The notes under the pieces were generated by a model that worked only from the letters and a program-made list of their open reading frames with translations, searched no databases and was not told the DNA's origin. This document shows positions 53,911 through 64,000 of a stretch of DNA of 64,000 nt, one piece after another (positions within the stretch are counted from its first letter, which is position 1; every line of letters begins with the position of its first letter). Source of the stretch: Lingula anatina. Taxonomy: Eukaryota; Animalia; Brachiopoda. The translations under genes were made by a program, and so were the position numbers. The stretch spans positions 2,147,721 through 2,211,720 of the forward strand of contig CM120648.1 in the NCBI GenBank assembly GCA_051362555.1, in the 5' to 3' direction.

Positions 53911-56107
53911 AACCTAGTAGAAATTGGTCAAAATTAGAAACTTTGTGTAGCATTTTTTTATATGATGCCTTATTGCTTTCTATATGGAAGTCAACTGTTG
54001 TGTAATAGTTTTAAACTTTTTAACGCAGCGTTGTCTATTGCCTTTTTACATTAAACACCATAAGTTAATTAGTTCTAGCACTGGGGTATAAGTTGGAGTG
54101 GATTAATATTTCCAGTCTTTAACTTTAAGACCTACATAAATTTTCCGACCTAAAGTCAAAACTTTCAAGGTTAGTACCCTTATGACAACAGGGCCTGGAA
54201 TATTATCGGGTTTTAAATTCTAAAGAGCACAAGTTGGCACTTGTATTTATGTAGTGGAAATGGAGGAGGGGGGTAAACTGGTAAATGCCCGTGGGTCACT
54301 TGGTTGCGGTTCTAACATAGAACCTCCCTAAAAACCAAAACTGAAAGCGGCAACGCGACACTAACTCCCTGAGAGAATGCGCTTGCATGCATGAGGAAGA
54401 AGGGTGAAGGATTTGGCATGATATGGTTTGCTTTGGCCAGACATTTTACCAAAGTTGTAATTTGGGTTGTTCATGCAATTTGATAAAATAATACAAAAAC
54501 TATCAATATGCAGATTTTGAAATATTTCCCCTGGTATTAAGCACTTCAATATCTGTTATTCCCCCTTTCTTCGCTGTATGTACTCACTGTAAATATCGTA
54601 ATAGTAAATCGTTTTTGTTTGAAAATATAATTTTTTTACATTTTTAACTTTTAACCAGATCCAGTGTTTTTGAGTTACATACGTGTAATGTATTAAAGCT
54701 TGTATGCAACTCTGTTTTCAAGCGGGTTGCGTATAGAATTGTTTATAATAACTTCCTTAATTAATTTTAAGTAATGAAATGATTACGCCAAGCTACTAAA
54801 AATGAAACTAAAAGGTAGAAATTTAAATCTCAGAATGTACATTAGTGCATACAGGTATTTTACATGCCTGAAAAATATTATGTATAAGAAGGGGAGAAAT
54901 GCATTTCCTAAAAACAAAATTGAGATTATTTTATTTTAAGAAAAAACATTTTGTATCTTACACATTATAAACAATAATAACCTTTGAATTCGTGACTTTT
55001 AATGCGTGTTTTGATAGTAACTGTTTATTTATAAAGAAAGTATATAAAACGGTAGAAATCCTATACCAAGTGTGCTATAGTGTGTGCATGTTACCCTTAT
55101 TCATTTATTTTTCTTTAAATCAACAGGGTCATATAGAATGTAAAATAAAAAAATGACTATACAGAAGAGTGTCTATGTTCATGTGGAACAAGTACATACT
55201 TCTAGTCGAGAAATGCATTTAATGCATTGGTGATGTTTATTTTGAATACTGTAAGTTTAAAATAGAGAACATATACATTTGATGAAAATTCAGTTTGCCA
55301 CGGAAGTGACATTTATCAGTCGTAACTTGATCTATTACAATTAAGACTCCAAAAATGTAATTTACGACTTTCTGGTGACCAGACGGACTTTTGTATACCC
55401 GAATGCTAAATGTACTACACGGTTTGATACCGTGAGTATGATGTAGTCCGTGTATTGGCCAAGTGGTGTCTTGCTTTAGCTTATTAACAATTCTCCTTTA
55501 TTTTTAGCACAGTTTAAATGCATTTACCATTTTTAGATAAAAGTACAATTTTTTCTATAACATTTTTTTAGAATGCTGTACAGTTATAAGTGAAAATTAT
55601 AAAAACAGATATATATAGTATTTTTAGAAAACTAAACTACACTAAATTTCCAAACCCAGATGGAACATTCACATATTTGGAATGCCTAAAAGGATATTTG
55701 GCTTAAAATGTTGAAACACATACCTCTTCAGAATAAAATTCTTGTTGATTTTGATGAATGAATTAAAGGTTTTATTTCTTTTAATTAAAAAAGAAATGTG
55801 TGAGACTGCATTTATCGAAGATCGGCACAAAATGCGGGATAAAAGTGCCTTTCTGCTTCGAAGTCAGTGCTACTTCTCGCTGGCTGCGCGCGGAGTGCTA
55901 AAGCCACACCGATCACGACGATTCTTTGCCCACAAGATTACACCTTTTTAAAACTTAAAGGAGATTCATGGCATATAATGATAATAAATTAATACATATT
56001 GGGTATTACTTTAACCAGAAAGTCCAATTTTGAAACGCATTTGTATTCTTTATTTGTCTTATTACTTAATTTTTTTGATCAATTTTAATCGACTTTGCGT
56101 TTACACT

Positions 56108-56160
<53 letters not shown>

Positions 56161-56564
56161 CGCTATTGGGCACTACCGTTTTAAAGTTTTCAAATCAAAA
56201 TGTCTTTTGCCTTTAGTTCAATTTCACGTTAATAAAAGCCTTTATTTACAACACAGAGAGCCAAACTATACAATTCTGGTGCAATGTGTTTACCAACCCC
56301 CTAATAAATTAAGAAATAGTGAGGCAATGATAAGGCTGCCCCAGACAGGTGAAGGCATACCTATAATTAAGAATTAACCGGAATGGCCAGCGTATAAATA
56401 TTCCCCGCAAACAGCATGAAGTTAAATTAGATATTAATAATTTACCTGGATATAATTATTTTTCACTTGCTGACTTTGATTATCTTTTTTTGTTTGTACT
56501 CTACAGTAAAGTACTAATAAAAATTTAAAATTATATTATTTCGGTTAGTTCTTATTGTTGGGCG

Positions 56565-56658
56565 TAAGTACTGGGTTTTGTTAAAAAAAGTGAAGCAAGG
56601 AGCCAGTTTGTACATGCCCTCTACTTGCAAGGAGTTTACTTGCGAAAAACGAATATTT
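56565..56658 (+). other. Non-coding leader exon of paralog E
   Basis: Near-identical to the D leader, with donor gaatattt|GTAAGT. Confidence 0.6.
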
Positions 56659-57053
56659 GTAAGTCTCTATTACATACTAATACCGGTAAAAGCTTTGTCG
56701 CTTCCAATAGGGTAATATGTACAGTAATATGTATTCGCTTGCTACTTAATCCATAATTCTGAGTATTGAACTAAAGATCTAGACGGAGAACTGGAAAACT
56801 AAAAGTGCACCGAGCCCGATGTTATCATTAATGGCCTAGATTTTTTTGAAAAGACCAGGAAGCAATTTCTGACAGCTAGCGGCTTGTGTATCAAACACGA
56901 CAGTTATTGGCCGCTGCGCCTAGTAAAGTGAAAAACGTTTATGAATCTCATCGCACGCGGAGATACACCGGGAGCCTGGACTTCCATTCCTAGGACTACC
57001 ATTCCTGCCACACCGTATTACCAAAAGGTTGACGCATTAGATAATTGCGCGCA

Positions 57054-57206
57054 CTTGGGCCCGTAACTCGAAAGCATCGTGTATTGCGAATAGGGATATC
57101 ACATAGAGGCTACAATGCATTATATGGGGCGAGTATGGGCGAATTTTGGAATCGAGACGCTTGCTCTTGGTCGCGATGCGCGATGCTTTCGAGTTACGGG
57201 GCCCAG
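57054..57206. mobile_element. MITE-like element, family 1, in the leader intron of paralog E
   Basis: TIRs gggcccgtaactcgaaagcatcg / cgatgctttcgagttacggggccc; shares an internal gatatcac...attatatgggg.gagta with 13106; absent at the paralogous site in D (~50580-50600). Confidence 0.85.
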
Positions 57207-57318
57207 CTTCCCGATATAAACAAACAAAAAATTAACTTTTGGGATTTTTAATACCAGTCTCTACTCCATTATGTTTTCCAGTTTTACTAAATAAATAAAG
57301 GTAAATGAGACAATCACC

Positions 57319-59017
57319 ATGACAACAATGATGTATCAGGCCCCCCAGGTAGTGAGGCAGCCGGTGATCATCACAGCGCCACCTGCTGGAAGTTTTTCGC
57401 CGTTTATCGCTGAAAAGTACGTATATATGTGGAATTTACGTTTGAACTGCCTGTGTAAGTTCTACTTGTCTTGCACCTTTTTTTAATCTTTGCTAAGACC
57501 TGGTCCGAAGAATGCAGATAGGGACTTGTACATGGACGTATTTGTTTCCGTGAACGTCTGGTAATTTTGAGTAGAATAGAATCAGTAATAACTGATATAA
57601 ACCTATATTGGCGTAATACATACATGTATTTTGGCAAGATACATGTAGTGGGCAACCAAGTGCTAAATCCATATTGTGCCTAAATGTCATAGTTTTTAAT
57701 TGAAATATTTTGACATAATCAAGTAATTACATACAAAACAACAGCACAATAAATATTTCTCAAGCACAATATTTGTTCCAGGTACATGCACAGAGCTGGT
57801 GTGGGACTTGGCATAACACAGACTGTTCTTGGGGTTATCTCTTTCATCTTTGGTGTTGTTTTTACTGCATGGATTCCGGCAAGATTCCTTGGAAGTATTA
57901 ACCATCACACCGGGGCAGGGGTGTGGTGTGGCACTGTGGTAAGGAGAGGGAAGGAAGGAGAGAGGAAGAAGAAGAAGAGAGAAATAGAGATAGAGAGAGA
58001 GAGGGAGGGGATTACACACATGCGCGCACGTGCACACACACACAAGAACACACACATCAAGGGAAGGAGGGAGGGAGAGAGAGAAAGGTTAAGAGAGAGA
58101 GAGAGAGAAAGGTTAAGAGAGAGAGAGAGAAAAAGGTTAAGAGAGAGAGAAAAAGGTTAAGAGAGAGAGAGAGAAAGTAAAATTTGCTGCTGGTGCAGTT
58201 ACGTTTTTCAAATAATATTATCCGTATTATCAGACTTAGCAATGTAATTTTCATTGCAACAAACGAGAGAATTTCAAATAAAATAATCATTGGTGTGAAA
58301 CAAAGTTGACGATATTAGATTTCTTTTAATCAAAATCTTTAGTTTAATTAAAGTTATCAAAATATCATAACAGTATTATGTAACATAAAATTTGACTAAT
58401 ATAAAAAAGTTATTTTTAGTTCGTAGTGACTGGAGTACTGGGGATTTTGACACGCAAGAAGAATAAGGGATTGGTGAGTACCAGTAGTTCATCTATCTTA
58501 AATGATGAATTTTGAGTTTGACAAGAGCCATGATAACCTTCCCTATAATTGTAAAAAAAAGTCCTTAACCAAACACCGAAGAAAACTTCAATACATTTAA
58601 CAATTACATAACTTTTACTGGGGTACTTATACACGCTCTTTGTTTGTCAAAGCATTAATAAAAACTCAATATATATCTTTTTCATCTTTTTATTTATATC
58701 TTTCCAGATCATATCATACATGATCTTGTCCATCGTATCAGCTGTTATATCATGGATTGTATTGATGGGAATATCTTCTATTGACCTTGCAGCAGTTAGA
58801 TGGCATTTTTTGTTTGACTGGGACTATTACGCAAGTGCCCCCATTTCATATGTAGATTGCGGTTTTATTCCATGGCTTAATTGATGAGTTTTTACTTTGG
58901 TTTCATTCAATTAGTTACATATAAGTCTAGTTACATGGAGCTATTTGTCTTAACCAGAGATATTTTACAACATAGAAGTCAATTAAATCTTTGATTGTGA
59001 TGTTTATGCACAAAAAA

Positions 59018-59064
<47 letters not shown>

Positions 59065-60724
59065 AAACATTTTCTAATCATTTGCCAAGGTCTTCCATAT
59101 ATTTTTTTGTCAAGTGTTTGTTTTTAAATATTCCTTTCCATGTTATAAAAATAAAATATTTAATGTTTCATATAAAATGCCCAATTGATTTATTTTTGTC
59201 ACAATCCTTTTGCAGGCTAGTGTCATCACGGGACTGTCTGGATTTTTTATCTTCCTCTCCTTTGTAGAGGGACTTGTAGCCGTTATCTCAGCAGCCATTT
59301 GTGGCCATGCCGTCTGTTGCTGTTCCAAGGTCAGTGTTTATTGCAAATTGGAGCAGTCAAAATTGTATGTATTTAAAACATTATATTTTAAAAACATATT
59401 CTTTCATACCAACATTAAGGAAAAACCCGAAGTGTATTTTTTAATTAGACAATCCCTAAAGATGTACTGAAGGCAAAAGACTACCTCTTGCTACTGGTTC
59501 ATCTAACGCACGATGAACACAAAACGTACGTCCAACACAATATGAACAAAAACTCTTTTCGCAGCTATGTAAAAAAGTTGTCGCCAAATATTTGCAGTAA
59601 AGTCACCTTTTACAACTGCCTGCATGTCACATTGTATCAACATTTATATAATATATGTATATTGCACCAGTCACGTAATGTCATATTATATAAATATAGC
59701 TATGCTGTATCAATACATTTATATTATGTCATATTATATTGCAGCCTTCTAGTCAGGGAACAGTCACCTATACAGTACCCAACACTGGACAAAATACTGT
59801 GGCTTACATGGTACCTGGACAACAAGGTAATGTGGATAAAAAAGAAGGAATATGTTTTTAACAAATATGGCTCATCGAATTTCACATACTCTTTTGTCAT
59901 CTGTGCATCATTAACGTTGCAAACTTGTTCTGTCATCTTTGGACGTTTTACAAAGAGCATAAGTGCTGCCATATTTGGATTATTTACATTATACATTTGG
60001 CCATCTTGCCCCAAGTGTTATGAGAAACTTTTGTTATCAAGTTTTATTTCCTGACGTACAGGGGATAAGAGGTTGAGATATTGATAAGGATTTTTTTCGT
60101 AAAATTAGTGAGTGTGATTCTTTTTCAGATAAAAAAAGTTACAATGATTCAATAAAAAAAAGAGACTACACAGATGAATTTACATTGATGTTTCTTTCCT
60201 CCGTCGGATTGGAAACCCGATCATTCTTCTGTCATTAGGCTACATAGGGCACGTCCAGATAAACCAATTGTACTAACTGGATAGGTCCAACTCTGCGGAA
60301 GATTCTCCTAAGTGCAATCAGTGTAAGCAGCTTTAATTTCTGACACGCCTCCTGGAGCAGCTAATGGGTAATTAAGTTGAGCGCGCATGAAAGTTGATTT
60401 CCACCTAGCTGGTCAAGGGGTTGTCAGACAATTAAGCAGATTACACTGATTGCACTTTAGCGAAAATCCCCCGCAGAGTTGGATCAACGCAGCTGGTACC
60501 ATGTCTGAATCTGAATGCGGTCATAAAAACCTCATCTCCTTTCAGGCTTTGTGTACTATCCACAGCAGGGGCCCCATGTTGGAGGTTACAACGCCCAGCT
60601 TATGTATGCCCAGGGACTTCCAGCTTACAACACTGCCCAACAACAACAACAACCACTCCAGGCACAGCCTCCAGAAAAACAGCCAAAGGGTGGCGCCACA
60701 GGACAGGAGGCAGAATCTCTGTAA
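57319..60724 (+). CDS. MS4A/CD20-like four-transmembrane protein, paralog E (268 aa; requires a GC-AG intron after exon 4)
   Basis: Exons 57319-57416, 57782-57938, 58420-58473, 58708-58830, 59216-59329, 59745-59826, 60546-60724; total 807 nt. The exon-4 donor is GCAAGT. The stop lies 4 codons earlier than in D (CAA>TAA). Confidence 0.85.
60238..60522. mobile_element. Palindromic MITE-like insertion in intron 6 of paralog E
   Basis: ~60-bp inverted arms spanning 60287-60482 (ccaactctgcgg...agtgcaatcagtgtaa...tctgaca); the whole block is absent from the D intron (cattcttct...aaaactcacctcctttcag). Confidence 0.85.
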
Positions 60725-63700
60725 CAGAGGGTTTAAAGCCCAGTAGAAATTGGTCAAAATTACATTTTTTGTGTAGCTTTTGTTAAATGATGCCAATCTA
60801 TTTCTTATAGGTAACAACTTCAAACTTTTTGTACAATGTTGCTTGTTGTCTTTTTTTTAAATTTTAGACCAAAAGCTTATATGTATTGGTCGGTAGTGGA
60901 CCAAAATTGTCAGGCTTTAATTTCAATACTTACATTTATTTTCCGTCCTAAAGTAAAGGCAACCTTTCAATGTAAGCAACCTTATAAAACCAGGCCCTGG
61001 AGTATTATTGGGTTTAAAATATCGTGCTTACAACACAAATGCAGAAACTAAAATTGGTGGAACCCAAAATGATGAAATTTGGAATCTCCTAATGAGGAGT
61101 ACAAGTATGGACTTGTATCCTATCTAATTCTTGTTTTAAGTTGAACTGGGGAGGTTTATACAGCTGGTCAGGCCCACAGATCACATGGTTGCGGTTCTAT
61201 ACGTGTACCTCCATTAAAACCAAAAGGCAGCCGAAACTGAAAGCGCGCAACGCAGCCCTAACCCCCTCAGATAATGCCCTTGCTTGGAATTCGACATGAT
61301 AATTTGCTTCTGCTGATGGACAATTTTACTTTCAATAGCATGATATTGGCCAGAAATTTTACCAAAGTTGTAACTTCGGGTGTTCGTGAAACCCGATAAA
61401 ATAATACAATAATTGTCAATTTGTAGAGTTTGAAATATTCCCCCTGATATTCAGCACTTCAATATATATATATATATGTTAACCACCCCATTAGTCACTG
61501 TACGTACTCACTGTAGATATCGTGATAGTAGATCGTTTTTGTTTCAGAATCTGATTTCTTACATTTTAACTTATAATCAGACCTAATGCTTTTGTGTTAC
61601 ACTATGTGATGTAAAACATTTTATATGCTCTGTTTTCAAGTGGTTTGCAAATAGAATTGTTTATGTTAACCTCCTTAATTAGTTTTAAGTTATGAAATTA
61701 TTACGCCAGGCTACTAAAAATTAAGCTAAGAGGTAGAAATTAAAATCTCAGAGTGTACATTAGTGCATATTTTACATGCATGAAAAAAATATTATGCATA
61801 AGAAGGTGAGAAATGCATTTCCTATGAACAAGTTTTACATCATTTTATCTTAAAATTTTCATTTTGTATCTTACACACTATAAACAATGCTAAGCTTAGC
61901 TTAGGAAAGCTTTGGAAGTTATGTTGGATCATGTGATCCATTCGTTTGTTTCGTTCACGTGATAAATTTTGAATTTGTGATTTTTAATGCGTTTTTTGAT
62001 AGTTAAGTTTTATTTATACAGAAAGTATATAAAACGGTAGAAATCTCATAGACTCTCTCAAATTGCACTTTCCGCCCCTTATACCAAATGTGCTATAGTG
62101 TGACAGATGTGTACATGTAACCCTTATATTATTAATTCATTTTGCTTTAAATCAACAGTGTCATATAGAATTTGGAATAAAAGTTTTTTTCTTAAAGGAA
62201 ATTAAATAAATATTTGTTTATCTGATAGATGTGTGTGTCGTCTGTGAGTCAGGAAACATTTCGATATTCTACCTAGGACTTTTAAAAAATAATCGTTATT
62301 GAATGTAATAGTCGTGAGAAAATTTCAGTAACAGGCAGATTTTATTTATATAAGTCCTTTACTCACCCCGAGTTTTTTAAAAAGGACACTGGGTGAGTAA
62401 CATATACCTGTACCTGTATAGCACGTATTCACCACACTGTGTACCTACTTGAAAAGACTGATCACCGTTCGTTAATACTTAATGTCCAACTCAACTCCAT
62501 ATTACTCTGGCGAACCCGCATAGGTCTGCATAGCAGGCTAATAGCTGGCATGTGACATAATCGCCATATGAAAGTTCACTTTCACGTAGGTCTCCTAAAG
62601 CTGAGCACACAGATCTCAAACGCAGGGCCTCCTATCAACAAAATTACATCATTTACTTCCATCGGAGCGACAGGACATCCCATGCGTCACGACACGCTTC
62701 GTTTGCACCGACAAATGTCACCTCTCTGCACTGAGGATTTACCTGACATTTTGCAGGTTAATGCTACATCACTCTTCTGCATGTAGTCATAGCTGGATGA
62801 GCACGGAGAAACACGACAGTGCACAAAAGCTATTGTTTATTATTGTATTTCATTTTAAAATAACCAGCCACGTGTCTTGTATGTACTAGTCATTGTCTTC
62901 ACACACTGCTGACACGTGAATGGACCTGCTGTGGGCTGGGGACGACATATAGTTTATATACCAGATCCGATTGCTGGTCATTGCAATTGAAGGGATTTGG
63001 AATGCCACGTCATCTAAACTACGAGTGGACAGTTTGATTCAAGTTATAGGGAATATAAAACATACGGTTTTTATATTGGAGCGTGCGGATGACGTAAACG
63101 TTGTCTTTGTACATGTACGTATGGAGCAGAAGAAGTTTTCTGACTGTGAGTAGGAAGTTAAAGAAGTCTTCAGAGAGTGACCGAGAAGGAAGGAATAAGA
63201 TTTCTATTGGTAAAGACAGGAGTGACCACGACCTATAGCCAGCGTGACTGGGACTCGTTCGGTCAACACCCCGACTCAGTCACTTTTATATGGGACAGAA
63301 TTAAGACATTTACGCTGAGGCATGCCCATACCACTGATATAAATCTTAATGAATATTGCCTTCGTCTACCCGGGCACTTGTCCCAAATATATGGTGACGC
63401 GAGCGAAAGGAACTCTATCTATCCTCAACAGTTACCATGATATCATCCTACAGCGATTATACAGGGCATGTGCACTGTGATCATTGACTGAGTTTACTCA
63501 GCTTAACGACGTATCCAGTTCAAATGCAACGCCAGCCAATCTGTAGGGGTGAAGACGCCCACTGTTAACATATGTGTGAACTGTGTATTTGTATGTAACG
63601 CTATATCACCGATATCGATCTAGTCGTCCATATTGATTTTAGTTGGAATGCGACGGGTCTTCTCAGAGTGGGAGCAGTTATAGGTGCAGAGTAATCACAT

Positions 63701-64000
63701 CAATATGAAATCCGAACATAAACATCTCGACAATTTAGGTTGACAATGGGTTATCAACTTAAAGTGTAATGGATTTCCACTTACATTAAAAGTGGGGCAC
63801 GGATTATATTGCACTAGACATGAAAATTAGTAGTCAACATATTTCAAGAAGACTCATCGTCACCCTGAACAGAAAAATAAGAGACGGGCACTTGTCAAGG
63901 CACTTGTCACCGCGAGATTGATATTGGTAGTCATATATTACAGCAGGCTTAGTTGTATAGAGTGGGGTGGTTGATCTAGAGCCGGAGACATGGCTATTAG

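Larger units (their letters stand above)
48073..62182 (+). repeat. Head-to-tail tandem segmental duplication of ~7.1 kb (unit 1 ~48073-55157 with gene D; unit 2 ~55158-62182 with gene E)
   Basis: Both units begin tatacagaagagtgt..at.ttcatg.ggaacaagtacatacttctagtcgagaaa and end ctttaaatcaacag.gtcatatagaat....aataaa. Intergenic, intron and UTR sequence aligns by eye along most of the length. Confidence 0.9.

Noticed and set aside
59488-60054. 188-aa ORF in paralog E
   Set aside because: Mostly intron, crosses exon 6 in the wrong frame, and is not preserved in the other paralogs.

Overview
Eukaryotic, AT-rich, intron-containing animal DNA, probably a marine invertebrate (taxon not determinable from this window). 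Three gene systems were reconstructed exon by exon from splice sites and reading-frame phase. (1) On + at 8571-22453, four exons encode an NlpC/P60 papain-like cysteine peptidase domain (GVPY...LDCCGLV...PGDLVF...HVEIWLGDG) and an acidic linker. Eight further exons encode a TTLL10-type polyglycylase (ATP-grasp TTL domain). The two halves can be joined by a phase-compatible intron (13996-18793) into one ORF of 911 aa or more, but signals for peptidase-only and ligase-only transcripts are also present. This is the most interesting feature: a candidate writer/eraser pair for glycylation. (2) Five apparently intact 7-coding-exon MS4A/CD20-like four-TM paralogs: A on the minus strand (26929-30710) and B-E on + (36885-60724). 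They have hypervariable aromatic extracellular loops, Cys clusters, Gln/Pro tails with PY motifs, a shared non-coding leader exon, X-box-like motifs, mosaic exon ancestry and two GT>GC donor changes. D and E form a ~7.1 kb tandem duplication. (3) A two-exon Golgi carbohydrate sulfotransferase (CHST8-14/HNK-1ST type, 33051-34489) sits inside that cluster. The rest is introns and UTRs with several MITE-like fold-back elements, a 65-bp higher-order minisatellite and microsatellites. No rRNA, tRNA, CRISPR array or autonomous transposon was recognised. All family assignments come from motif recognition, not database searches.
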